Shown here: positions 44,403-54,700 of the stretch, one piece after another
How positions within the stretch are numbered: position 1 is the first letter of the stretch
Layout: each line of letters starts with the position of its first letter
Notes under the pieces: model-generated
What the model saw: the letters and a program-made list of their open reading frames with translations, nothing else
Database searches by the model: none
Told to the model about the DNA's origin: nothing
Made by a program: the position numbers and the translations under genes
Source: Vicinamibacteria bacterium
Lineage (GTDB): Bacteria; Acidobacteriota; Vicinamibacteria; Marinacidobacterales; Marinacidobacteraceae
Direction: 5' to 3'
Length of the DNA: 64,000 bases
Assembly: GCA_964291235.2 (NCBI GenBank)
Contig: OZ219816.1
Span: 1,088,001 to 1,152,000 of the forward strand

Positions 44403-45893
44403 ATGGCTGCCCGCCCGCGCTCCGCGGTTTCCGTAATGCTCACCCAGGGGGACGAGGTGCTCCTCGTGCGGCGCTCGCCGCGGCTCCGGGCTTTCGCGAA
44501 CCTGTGGGCGTTCCCGGGCGGGACGGTTTCCCGGGAGGATTGGGAGATTCCGGTGGCCGGCGCGCCGGACGCCGAAACGGCGGCCCGCATCGCGGCCGCG
44601 GTGCGCGAGGTCTTCGAAGAAACAGGAGTCTTTCTCGGCACGGGGCGATCCCTGCCGGCACCCGAGCGGGACCGGCTGCGAAAGGGCCTCCTCGCGGAGA
44701 CAATCGGCCTCCCCGAGGTGTTGCACGGTTTCGAGGCGACGATCGACGCTTCGCGCTTCGCGGCGGTCGAAGAACTGGTGACTCCGGCATCCGCGCCCTT
44801 TCGGTTCGACACCCGCTTTTACCGGCTCCCCCTGCCGGAGGGGGCCGAACCGTCGGTCTGGCCCGGCGAAATCGTGGACCAGGCCCTGCTCAGTCCCTCG
44901 GTCGCGCTCTCCCGCTGGCGGAAGGGCGAGTTGGCGCTGGCTCCGCCGATCATCGGCCTGCTGGAACGCTGGTCCGCCGATGATGGCGTTTTCCGCGCCC
45001 GGAACCGCGTCGCGGGCCAGGTCCGTCCCGCCGTCCGTTACTCCCCCGGCATCTTCGTGATTCCCTGCCGGACCCGCACTCTGCCGCCCGCCACCCATAC
45101 GAACGCCGTCCTCATCGGAACCTCGCGCCGCTATCTGGTGGATCCCGCGGCGGAGGAGCCCGAGGAACGGAAGATGCTGTTTGGCATGGTGGACCGGCTG
45201 CTCGGCACGGATCGGCTCGAGGCCGTTCTCGTCACCCACCATCATCCGGACCACACGGGATCGGTCGCCGAAGCGTCGTCCCGTTACGGGGTTCCGGTGG
45301 CCGCCCATCCGGAGACGCTGGCGCGGATCCCCTCAGCGGCGGGCGGGTGCATGACGCTGACCGAGGGAGAGGTCCTCGACCTCGGGGAGGCGCCCGACGG
45401 ATCTCGCGGTTGGACGCTCGGGATTCGCTTCGTTCCCGGCCACGCCCCAGGACACCTCGCCTTCGTGGAGAGCCGCTACGGCGCGATGGTGGTGGGAGAC
45501 ATGGTTTCCTCGCTGTCCTCGATCCTGATTTCTCCCGAGGACGGAGATCTCGGCCTTTACATGCGTTCGCTCCGGCGGCTGGCGGACGAATGCGAAGGGG
45601 TTGTATATCCGGGACACGGAGTTCCCGTGGTGGCGGGAGCCCACCTGCTGCGGAGCCAGATTCGGCACCGGGAGGCCCGGGAAGCGAAGCTTCTGAGCGC
45701 CCTGGCGGAGAAACCGGCCAGCCTGCGGACGATCGGTTTGCGCGTCTATCCGCCGACCGAGATCCCGCGCCAGGGCCCGGTCCGCAGGTTGGCGGAGGTC
45801 GCGCTGACTTCGGGGCTCAGGAAACTGGAGCGCGAGGGAAGAGCCCGGACGAGCGGTCCGGAGTGGGCGCGGGCCGAGACTCCGGCCGGCTGA
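44403..45893 (+). CDS. NUDIX hydrolase fused to an MBL-fold metallohydrolase
   Basis: AFPGG...VREVFEETG and RFDTRFY; THHHPDH, PGHAPGH, GD, PGHG. Confidence 0.88.
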   Translation: MAARPRSAVSVMLTQGDEVLLVRRSPRLRAFANLWAFPGGTVSREDWEIPVAGAPDAETAARIAAAVREVFEETGVFLGTGRSLPAPERDRLRKGLLAETIGLPEVLHGFEATIDASRFAAVEELVTPASAPFRFDTRFYRLPLPEGAEPSVWPGEIVDQALLSPSVALSRWRKGELALAPPIIGLLERWSADDGVFRARNRVAGQVRPAVRYSPGIFVIPCRTRTLPPATHTNAVLIGTSRRYLVDPAAEEPEERKMLFGMVDRLLGTDRLEAVLVTHHHPDHTGSVAEASSRYGVPVAAHPETLARIPSAAGGCMTLTEGEVLDLGEAPDGSRGWTLGIRFVPGHAPGHLAFVESRYGAMVVGDMVSSLSSILISPEDGDLGLYMRSLRRLADECEGVVYPGHGVPVVAGAHLLRSQIRHREAREAKLLSALAEKPASLRTIGLRVYPPTEIPRQGPVRRLAEVALTSGLRKLEREGRARTSGPEWARAETPAG

Positions 45894-45938
45894 AGCGAGC
45901 CCAGGGCCGCGGCCGCACAGCCGGAGAGTGCGGTCGAG

Positions 45939-47252
45939 CTACTCGCCGCCGCCGGTATCGCTGCCCGGCACCGTATTCCCCGCGATGACCACCCGATCGA
46001 TGGAGCGGAGGTTCGCAATGTCGTCGAGAGGGTTGTCACCCAGCACAATGAAGTCGGCCCAGTTGCCGGCGGTGAGCGTGCCGACACCCTCAAGGCCCAG
46101 GCAGGTGGCCGCGTCTCCGGTAGCGGACATCAGGATTTGTTCCGGCGTCAGGCCGGCTTCCGACATCTCGCCGGTTTCGATGTGCTCGAAATAACCCTGG
46201 AACCGGCCGGCGGGGCCGGTGTCGGTGCCGAAGGCGATCTTCACTCCAGCGTCGGCCACTGCCTTCGCGTTGGCCATCGCGATCGGGTAGTGCTCCCGAT
46301 ATCCCTGCGCCGAGCTGCTTTCCGCGACCCGCGCCATGCGCTCGGGATCCTTGAGTTGTTCCAGCACCGCCGGGTCCGCGTCCTTCAGGAAGAAGGGGTC
46401 CTCGAAGAAATCGGGCACCTCGGAATAGACGTAGGTGGAGATTTCGCGGACCAGGGTTGGCACGTAACAGACGTCCTTCTCCTTCATGAGCTCGACGAAT
46501 TCCTCGTCCACGGGCTGGTCCCGCACGCTGTGGGCGATCAGGCCCGAACCGGCGCGCAGCACCTCCTTGGCGTCGTCGAGATAGAAAATGTGGGTGGTGA
46601 CGCGCTTGCCGGCTTCCCGGCCCAGTTCCATCACTCTTTCGATGGTCTCGGAGGAGACGCGCTCGTTCGCTCCCAGGTTCGTGTCCACGCGCATCTTGAG
46701 GAAATCGGCGGGTAGCGCCAGGCTCCGCGCTACCGACGCGGCCGCTTCTTCCGGAGTGCCGCTTGAAATGACTTCGCCGGCGATCCAGATCCGAGCCCGG
46801 TCGAGGTCCTCGTTCTGCTCATCGCGGAGCACGGCAGCTTCTGCGCCGTCCCCGCCCAGCGAAGCGATGCTCGTGACCCCGTAGCGGGCGTAGAGGCCGA
46901 GTTGTCGGATCAGGTTGTCGCGGCCGTAGTGGCCGGTTTCGAGACCCATGACGTCGCTCGCATGCGCGTGGGCGTTGATGAATCCCGGAACCACGGTCTT
47001 GCCGGCGAGATCCTCCACTTGCGCGCCCGGCGGAATCTCCACCTCACTTGCCGGGCCTGCTGCGGCGACGCGTCCGTGATCCACAACCAGCACCGCGTCC
47101 TCGACGGCCGGGCTGCCGGTGCCGTCCCAGAGGGTGGCGCCGGTGAAGGCGGTAACTCCGGGCAGTGGTGGGGGGTCGGAGCCGCAAGCGGCGAGAGCGG
47201 CCAGCGCGACCGGAATGAGGAGGAAACGCTTCTTCCGGGAAAAAATGGTCAT
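45939..47252 (-). CDS. Amidohydrolase family lipoprotein
   Basis: Lipobox LAAC; PGFINAHAH, GTD, ADFIVL..NPL. GGAGG RBS upstream of ATG 47252. Confidence 0.88.
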   Translation of the reverse strand: MTIFSRKKRFLLIPVALAALAACGSDPPPLPGVTAFTGATLWDGTGSPAVEDAVLVVDHGRVAAAGPASEVEIPPGAQVEDLAGKTVVPGFINAHAHASDVMGLETGHYGRDNLIRQLGLYARYGVTSIASLGGDGAEAAVLRDEQNEDLDRARIWIAGEVISSGTPEEAAASVARSLALPADFLKMRVDTNLGANERVSSETIERVMELGREAGKRVTTHIFYLDDAKEVLRAGSGLIAHSVRDQPVDEEFVELMKEKDVCYVPTLVREISTYVYSEVPDFFEDPFFLKDADPAVLEQLKDPERMARVAESSSAQGYREHYPIAMANAKAVADAGVKIAFGTDTGPAGRFQGYFEHIETGEMSEAGLTPEQILMSATGDAATCLGLEGVGTLTAGNWADFIVLGDNPLDDIANLRSIDRVVIAGNTVPGSDTGGGE

Positions 47253-47312
47253 GGATCGGCCTCCAGAGCGCCCGAGCATAACGACCTTCGGCGCTGTTAG
47301 CGTTCCGTGGTC

Positions 47313-48221
47313 ATGACGAGCGCGACCGTGGCGTCGGCGGCAACCGAACTCGGCCCTCCCAACATGTGCGGGACGCTTCGGCGCGCGCTGCTGATCGGTC
47401 CCGGTAGCGTCGGGTGGGAAGCGGGCGCCTCGTGGCGGGAACTCGGGTACCTCCATCCACCCGAGGCGTCGCTGGCCGCGCGCCAGCACGACCGGATCCG
47501 TTCCCTGTTGGTGGCGCACGACGTCGAGCTGGTGGAGCCCGAAGGATGTGCCCCAGAACTCACGCCGGACGCCGTCTACTGCCACGACGCTTCGTTCCCT
47601 TCGCGGCGGGGCATGATCCTGATGCGAATGGGCAAGGAGAACCGGCGCAACGAACCCGCAGCGCACGCCGGAATCTACGAACGGTGCGGAATTCCGGTGT
47701 GCGGCGCCATCGAGGCGCCGGGACTCGCCGAGGGCGGGGACCTGGTGTGGCTGGACGAGCGCACGGTGCTCGCCGGCGAGGGTTACCGCACGAACGCAGC
47801 GGGGATCGCCCAGTTGCGTGGCCTCCTTGCCGATGACGGCGTGGAGGTCCTTTCCGTGCCCCTGCCGTTCGGCGACGGCCCCCGGTGCTGTCTCCATCTC
47901 ATGTCCCTGATCAGCGTTCTCGATCACCGTACGATGGTCGCCGACCTGCGGTTTCTCGCCGTGCCGACCGTCCGCCTGTTGCAGGAGCGCGGATACCGAT
48001 TCGTCCGGATCGCCGAAGCCGAACGGGACACGATGGCGGCAAACGTGCTGGCGCTCGGGAACGGCGCCCTGGTCGCCATTGCCGCCAATCGCGCGACCAA
48101 CGAGCACTTGCGCGAAGCCGGCTTCGAGGTGTTGACCTACGAGGGCAGCGAGATCAGCCAGAATGGCTCGGGTGGCCCGACGTGTCTGACCCGGCCCCTC
48201 GTCCGGGAAGCCGCGTCATGA
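47313..48221 (+). CDS. Pentein / dimethylarginine dimethylaminohydrolase-arginine deiminase family protein
   Basis: PDAVYCHD, RRNE, EGGD, RTN, LHLMS, GGPTCLT (catalytic Cys). Confidence 0.88.
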   Translation: MTSATVASAATELGPPNMCGTLRRALLIGPGSVGWEAGASWRELGYLHPPEASLAARQHDRIRSLLVAHDVELVEPEGCAPELTPDAVYCHDASFPSRRGMILMRMGKENRRNEPAAHAGIYERCGIPVCGAIEAPGLAEGGDLVWLDERTVLAGEGYRTNAAGIAQLRGLLADDGVEVLSVPLPFGDGPRCCLHLMSLISVLDHRTMVADLRFLAVPTVRLLQERGYRFVRIAEAERDTMAANVLALGNGALVAIAANRATNEHLREAGFEVLTYEGSEISQNGSGGPTCLTRPLVREAAS

Positions 48222-48493
48222 ATCCTCGCATCCGTCGGATCGGCTGGCTCGTCTTCGGCCTCTTCGCGCTGCTCGTGATCTTCGTCGTGTCCTCAACGCT
48301 CACGATGGGCGAGGCGCGTTGCGAGGTAACCATGGAAATGGTGGGTCGCCAGGCCACGGTGACCGCCCGGGGCGCGACCGAGGCGGATGCGATCCGGGCC
48401 GCCGTCACGGGCGCCTGCGCCCGGGTTGCGGATGGTCGGACGGCGAACATCCTCTGTCTGGATACGCCTCCCCGCGCGGTTCGCTGCGACTAG
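48218..48493 (+). CDS. Small membrane-anchored protein with four Cys
   Basis: ATGA overlap with the upstream stop; N-terminal TM; 91 aa. Confidence 0.7.
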   Translation: MNPRIRRIGWLVFGLFALLVIFVVSSTLTMGEARCEVTMEMVGRQATVTARGATEADAIRAAVTGACARVADGRTANILCLDTPPRAVRCD

Positions 48494-48983
48494 CCGGGAG
48501 TTCCTGGAGAGCCCCCTCGGGGCGGACGACGAAGGCCCGCACCCGGCGGCGCAACAGGATGCGGGCCGCAGCCCGGTAGCGGCGGGCTCGGACGTCCGCG
48601 GTATCGGCAGCGCTGGCCTGCATCGCCACCACCGAAGCGGCCCCGGCTCCGGCGCCGAGGAAGAGACTGGGGACTACCGTGACCCGGGCGGTTCCGTCCC
48701 GGCGCCGGAGTCCCACCCGGACATTTGCCCGCAGCTCTCCCGCGAGACTTCCTCCCGGAACCCTCTCGGCGGCAGCCGCCAGGGCCAGACGGAGGGCGCG
48801 TTCGGCCACGTCCCGTCTTCCGGACGCCGACGGGACCAGGCGCTCGTCGGCGAGCCGGAAGGCGGTCTCCCGGTCCGGGACGAAGGGGTGGCGGTCGGCG
48901 CGTTGCAGGAGCCGGTGGGCGAGGACCCTGGTGGCGACGTCGATGCGGCTCCGCTGCCGACGGTGCGGGGGTGCTCCGCTCAT
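48405..48983 (-). CDS. Hypothetical protein resembling a degenerate AddA/RecB-type nuclease domain
   Basis: ATG 11 nt after the addA stop; strong GC bias at third codon positions; VLAHRLLQ...VVAMQAS...RARRYRAAA pattern. Overlaps the convergent gene by about 90 bp. Confidence 0.5.
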   Translation of the reverse strand: MSGAPPHRRQRSRIDVATRVLAHRLLQRADRHPFVPDRETAFRLADERLVPSASGRRDVAERALRLALAAAAERVPGGSLAGELRANVRVGLRRRDGTARVTVVPSLFLGAGAGAASVVAMQASAADTADVRARRYRAAARILLRRRVRAFVVRPEGALQELPASRSEPRGEAYPDRGCSPSDHPQPGRRRP

Positions 48984-48994
48984 CTGCGCGCGGG

Positions 48995-51700
48995 CTATCC
49001 CGCTTCGTCGGGACGGTCCGTTGAAACGGCCTTGGCGGAACCGTCTTCGGGAGGCGGGGAAAGCACCTCGACGTCGTGACCCTGCCAACGGAAAGAGGTC
49101 TCATTTCGCTTCGCGGCGAGCGCGGCGGCGGTCGAGAACCTGGTGGGAAGGTAGTGCGGCCGATCACCGCCGTGGGGCAGTCCGGCACCCGTAAAACGCG
49201 TCTTCCAGGAGAAGGCCAGGGTGTCCCGCGCCCGGGTCATCGCCACGTACATGCAGCGCTGTTCCTCGGAGGCGCCGCGTCCTCCGTCCTCCACCGCCCA
49301 AGCCGTGCCGGCGCGTACCAGCGCGATGTTCCAGACGCCCGCGTCACTCTCCACGACCTTGGGGATACGGTTTTCCGGTGGCGGCCGACCTCCGCAATCC
49401 ACGACGAACACATGGTCGAACTCGAGTCCCTTGGCGGCGTGGATGGAAAGCGCCTGCACGGCTCCGGCCGCCTGAAACGGGGCCTGGGTCGTGTCGCCGC
49501 TCTCCGCGGCGGCGAGGCGCTCCGCGACCCGCTCGAACGTGGTGAAGCCGTCCCGTTCGAAGCTGCGCAGGAGACCGAGCCCCTTGGTGAGGTTGGCGGC
49601 CTGCTGGCGGGCCGCGAACCGGTTTTCGGCCGCTGCCTCCGCCCGCTCCAGGTACCTGGTCTCTTCGAGGACGCGAATGACGGTGGCGGACGGCGGCAGG
49701 CAGCGGGCGTGAGCGACCCAGCGAGTCGCTGCCGCGCCGGCGCGGAGTAGCCGTTCGCGGGTCGTGGGCTCCAGTTCCCCGGGCAGGGCATCCCCGCCCA
49801 ACCGAAGGAGGTCGGCGAAGGGAGTCTCGGACGACCGCAGCCGGCGCAAGCGGGCGAAGTCGTCGCCGGGAAGAGCGAAGAACCGGGAGCGGAGCAACTC
49901 GACGGCGCGCCGGTCGGACCACGGCCGAGCCAGGAAACGGCAGAGGGCGTGCAGGTCACGGATTTCGCTCGTGTCGAAAAACCCGGCTCCCTTCAGGAGG
50001 TACGTGGGGATGTCGCGCGCTTCCACGGCCTCGCGGTAGGTGTGAAGGTGTTTCCCGGCGCGGGCCAGTAGTGCAATCTGTTCGGGCGGGACACCGTCCT
50101 CGCGGACCAGCGCCTCGATGCGCCGGGCAATGCGGGCGGCGACTTCGTCGTGGCTTCCGGCCACGGCGACCGAGATGGGCCCCCGCGAGGCCCGTCGCTC
50201 CTCTCGGGGAGCGGCGTTCTCGGGGAGGTGGTCGTCCTCCCCGTAGCGAAACGCCCAGTCCGCCGCGCTATCGCCGCCGCCCTCTTCCGCGATCTCCCGC
50301 GAAGCGCTGTTTACGAACCGGCGCAGCAGCCGGTGCGAGCGGAAGTTCCACCGGAGCACCACCCGGGCGGGGCCGCTTCCGGATTCGGGGTTGCCCAGGG
50401 AGGCGATCTCCCGCTCCGCCCGGCTCAGGATTTCAACCCGGGCGTCGCGGAAGCGGTAGATGGACTGTTTGTGGTCCCCCACGAGAAAGATCGTGGGGCC
50501 CGAGAGCCGCCCCTTCGTCGCCCGTTGGACCTCCTCGGCGGCGAGGCCCATTCCCGCTCGCCACGGGGCGATGATCGCCCGCAGCAGATCCCACTGGTGG
50601 TCACTCGTATCGTGGAACTCGTCCAGCAGGAGGTGGTGGAAGCGGGTTTCCAGCCGGAAGCGGCTCGCCGAGAATTCCCCAAGCCCGGAGAGCAGCCGGG
50701 TGGCGGTGAGAGTGAGGTCGTCGAAGTCCATGACCCCCTGTTCGGACTTGAGCCGCTGGTACTCCGCCTCCACCGCCTGAAAGAACAGCCACATCGGCTC
50801 GAACGCCCGTTCGTTCTGAAAATCGAGCCAGCGGGTGCGGAAGGCCTTCACCCGGTCCGCTACCGCGGAGAAATGCGGCTTCAAGTCGTCCGGGAATCCA
50901 GCCGGCGGAGTCTTCCGGCGAACCGGGAAGAACTGCTCGAGGGCTTCCCGGTCGAGAGCATCCCGGCTACTGGGCTGTGGTTCGAGTCCCAGCGCGAAAA
51001 GCGCGCCGAGCGGCATGGCAATGCGGGCGGTATCCCCGGTTGCCGCCTCCCGAAGGCGTTCGCAGGAAGCGCGCACGGGTTCGAGCGCGTCCCGCAGCGA
51101 AGGCGGCGACTCCGGTTTTCGGTCTTGGCGGCCGCGGGCCTTTGCCTCGAAGAAGCTCCGCCAGGCGAGCCTCCGCTCGATGTAATTCCCCGCGGCCTTT
51201 GCGACCTCGCCGGCGGCGCAATTCAGGATCAACGGGAGCGAGCCGAGCAGTTCGCGGTCGAAGCCGGTGATTCCGGAGGAGACCCGCTGGATCGCCTCCG
51301 CCCGGACCACCGGCATCGAGCGTTCGTCGAGAACCTCCATGCCGGGGGTGACCCGGGCGTCCAACGGAAACTCACGGATCAGGCCCAGGGTGAACGCATC
51401 GAGGGTTGAGATGTTGATTTCCGCGAGGTCTGCCCGGCCGGCGAGAGCCCGCCGACGATCCGCCTTGGCCAGTTCATCGAGGATCCGGTCCTTCATCTCC
51501 TGCGCCGCTTTGCGCGTGAAGGTGAGCGCGAGAATGTTTCGGGGCGAGGTTCCCGCCTCGACGAGCGCCACGTAACGTTCGGTGAGCACGGTGGTCTTCC
51601 CGGTCCCCGCGGACGCCCGAAGGACGACGTTTCGCCCGGGATCGGCGGCGGCGCGACGCTCGGCCAGGTCGGGCGGGAAGGTCGCGGGCGCGCTATGCAT
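48995..51700 (-). CDS. addA: AddA/UvrD-like SF1 helicase lacking the C-terminal nuclease
   Basis: ASAGTGKT, LTFTRKAA, DFDDL, LDEFHDTS, VGDHKQSIYRFR, NFRS, SIHAAKGLEF, YVAMTRA; coupled to the addB-like gene. Confidence 0.8.
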   Translation of the reverse strand: MHSAPATFPPDLAERRAAADPGRNVVLRASAGTGKTTVLTERYVALVEAGTSPRNILALTFTRKAAQEMKDRILDELAKADRRRALAGRADLAEINISTLDAFTLGLIREFPLDARVTPGMEVLDERSMPVVRAEAIQRVSSGITGFDRELLGSLPLILNCAAGEVAKAAGNYIERRLAWRSFFEAKARGRQDRKPESPPSLRDALEPVRASCERLREAATGDTARIAMPLGALFALGLEPQPSSRDALDREALEQFFPVRRKTPPAGFPDDLKPHFSAVADRVKAFRTRWLDFQNERAFEPMWLFFQAVEAEYQRLKSEQGVMDFDDLTLTATRLLSGLGEFSASRFRLETRFHHLLLDEFHDTSDHQWDLLRAIIAPWRAGMGLAAEEVQRATKGRLSGPTIFLVGDHKQSIYRFRDARVEILSRAEREIASLGNPESGSGPARVVLRWNFRSHRLLRRFVNSASREIAEEGGGDSAADWAFRYGEDDHLPENAAPREERRASRGPISVAVAGSHDEVAARIARRIEALVREDGVPPEQIALLARAGKHLHTYREAVEARDIPTYLLKGAGFFDTSEIRDLHALCRFLARPWSDRRAVELLRSRFFALPGDDFARLRRLRSSETPFADLLRLGGDALPGELEPTTRERLLRAGAAATRWVAHARCLPPSATVIRVLEETRYLERAEAAAENRFAARQQAANLTKGLGLLRSFERDGFTTFERVAERLAAAESGDTTQAPFQAAGAVQALSIHAAKGLEFDHVFVVDCGGRPPPENRIPKVVESDAGVWNIALVRAGTAWAVEDGGRGASEEQRCMYVAMTRARDTLAFSWKTRFTGAGLPHGGDRPHYLPTRFSTAAALAAKRNETSFRWQGHDVEVLSPPPEDGSAKAVSTDRPDEAG

Positions 51701-54700
51701 CGTTCCGGGCGTCGCCGCCCGATTCCTGTGCTTCCGGGCCGGATTCCGGCAGATCCCGCCGGATCACCAGCGGAAAGTCGAACTTCCCGTCTTCTTCCGG
51801 CGCGGGTGGAAACGCGCCCTGCGCCAAGCCTTCCCGGATCGCCGCCAACTGGGCGTCCTGCTTGGGGACCGCCGGTCCATCGTCCGGCCCGATCCACTGC
51901 CGGTTGCCGAAGTAGGGGATGGCGAAATCGGTTGGCACACCGTCACCCGCCTCGAGAATGCGTGCGTAAATGCGGGCCTGGAGGGGTTTTTCGTAGTAGC
52001 GGCCGGATTTGTATTCGATCACCCGGCGAGCGCCGCCGGGACGCCGGTCCAGACGGTCCAGCCGGCCGTGAACGCGCAACGCCGGGCTCCCGCTCGCGGC
52101 GGGCTCCGCTTCGCCCTCAATCCACGCCTCGAAGCGGACGGGAACCGTTGGACCGCAGCCGGCCTCTTCGCGGAGAAACCACTCCAGAGCTCCGGGGGTT
52201 GCCTCGCCGCCGAAGAGCCAGCGCTCCTCGGTGCGCCGTTCGGTCTCGGAGAGCCGCCGCTCCTCGGCGAAGCTTCGGAACTCGGCCCGGAAGAACGCGA
52301 GAAGGTCGTCCACTTCCGATTCCCCGGGGGTCAGGCCGGCGCCGGGCAGGGCGGCGTAGCCGCGCTCGAGGAAATCGTGGAGAAGGCTGCCGCGCTCGGT
52401 GGGCGGGGGCACGTCGGCGAGCGGCCGTTCCTCGTCGAGACGGAGGACGTTGCGGGCAAAGAACTGCGCCGGGCTCTTCAAGTAGCGGTCGAGCCCGGTC
52501 GGAGACACGGGCCCCTCGAGCACCGCGGCGGAAGGCGCGCGCCGGTCGAGGGTGGTGGCGAGGGGATTGACGCGCCTTGTGGGTGTTGCGGGTTGCGGAA
52601 TGGGGGAATCGGGAACCTCGGTCCGGGGGAGGTCCCGGGCGCGGAGCGCCTCACTGACCTCCACTTCGAAAGGTGATGCCGCCACCGGAAAACTGTCGTC
52701 GAGTGCGGGGCGGCTGAACGCGATGCCCCGGCGAGGCAGCCCCGGGAAGCTCCTCAAGAGCCGGATTTCCCGCTTCCGGACCTCCGCCTGACGCCTGCGC
52801 GTAGCTTTTTCGAGGAGCCCGTGCGGGAAAAAGATGTTTTGCGGCCGGGGCCCGGGCCAGTCGGCGTCTGCGAGCCCCAGCAGCATCAGAAAGTCGTAGT
52901 CGCCGAGGCATGCGTCGGTGGCGGCGATCAAGGCCACGCCGTCGTCGCCTGAGTACGTCGCCGGCGCCGCACGCCGCTTCAGGAGCCGCCGCAGGCGGCG
53001 GGGAAATTGCGCGGTTCCGCCCGCCAGGCTGCCCGGCGGCGCGGCGCCCGCCGCCTGGCGACAGGTCTGGACGACGGTATCGAGGATTTCTGAGTCGGTA
53101 TCGGCTCCCAGCGACTGCTCGACGAATTCGAGGAACGCGGTGATTGCCGCCTTGAAGCTGGCTTCGGGATCACGGAGAGGGGCGAGCGTCTCGGCGGCCG
53201 CGGTGAGCGTCCCGAGGGCGGCGGCGGAGGTCTCGAGCGCGTCGGCGCGGGCGAGGAGCCGCTCGGGAAGAGGTTCTGAATCCGGTCCTGCCCCCTCGCA
53301 TTGCGAGCGCGCGTCGGCGGCCTCGCGCGCGAGACGGGCGGCGAGCCGGGGGAGCTCCTCGGGAGGATTCGTATCCCGCATCCCCGCATCGAGCGCTGTC
53401 CTTGCGAGGAGATCGGCGGCGCGCTGCGGCGCCACGGGCAGCTCCGGGGCTCGGAAGAAAGGACTACGAAGGAGATTGAGGCCGGACGAGAGCCGTCCCG
53501 GAGATGCGCTGAACTCGAGGACATCCGACAGGGACGCCACCCAGGGATGATTCGTGAATCCCCGGCGCAGCGGGGTGGCGAAAGGTATCCCGCGTCGGCC
53601 GAGTTCCGCTTCCACGCCGTCGAAATACCCGGATGGGTTTTGGGCCGCGAGCGCACAGCGGCCGAATCCCCTGAAGGCGTCCCCCTGGTCGTCCCGGAAG
53701 CGGAGCAACAACGCGGCCGCGAGCCGTACTTCCTCCTCGCGATCGGTCAGCCGGAACACGAAGCGCTGCCTCTCCGCGCTGCTCGCAGGCAGGTACAGCG
53801 TGGGCCGGTGCGCGCGAATGCCCTCGGTCGGAGCGGGTGGGGGCGCGAACAGGGTGGGTTGGGGGCGTGCGGGAGGTTCGCCGCCAGGAAGTTCTCGCGT
53901 TTCTTCTCGCGCCTCCAGGCCACGCGGCAGGACGGGATTGGGGGCGGACTCGGGAAGGGCCCAGGCGCACGTTTCGGGCGCCACCAGAACGGTGAGAAGC
54001 TGCAGGTCCGCGGGACGGAGCGCGTCCTCCCCAACCGCGAGCACGCGGACGCCCCGCAATGCGCTTCGGAGGGCCGGGGCCTGCTCGAACAGGCGCTCCC
54101 GGAGCGAGCCGGGATCGGCGCTGCCTGCTTGCGTGAGCGCTTCCTGGTAGCGGCGGTGGACACTTCGGAGCCAGCGCGCGAGGCGGAGCAGCCGGACGGC
54201 GCCTTCGTCGGTCTCCTGGACTTCTTCGAGTTGGCGTTCAACGCGCGCGGCAAAGGTCTCGAAGGCGGAGTGGCCGGGCCGGAAGGACGCGTCGCGCGCC
54301 TGCTCGTCGAGGAACGCGAGCAACGGATCCACGAAGTGCGTCGGATCTCCCGGCGGCGCATCGGGCGCCTCGCGTTCGGCGAGCAGGGCTTCCTCGAGCA
54401 GCAGCTCGCGGGCCAGCGGGGCCGCGATCCGGAACGGCGGATCGAGATCGCCGCCGAGATCCCGGAAGAAGTTGTCCGCGGTGCCCACCCGCGGGAGTAG
54501 AGAACCCGGCGGCAGCCGGCGCCGGAGCATCCGGTCGAGAGTCCACGCCGGGCCTATCCCCGGAACCAGGATTTCCACCCGCCGGACGAGGCCTGGCAGA
54601 GTGGCGCCGGAGGCCTCCCGTACGACCCACTCCCGCAGCGCTCCGCAGGCAGGGAACCGCCTGAGCCCGATCCGACGCGAGGAATCCGTGCCGGCGCCTC

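Noticed and set aside
44403-45893. NUDIX-MBL fusion as a novelty
   Set aside because: A recognised, fairly widespread architecture; nothing unusual seen in its motifs.
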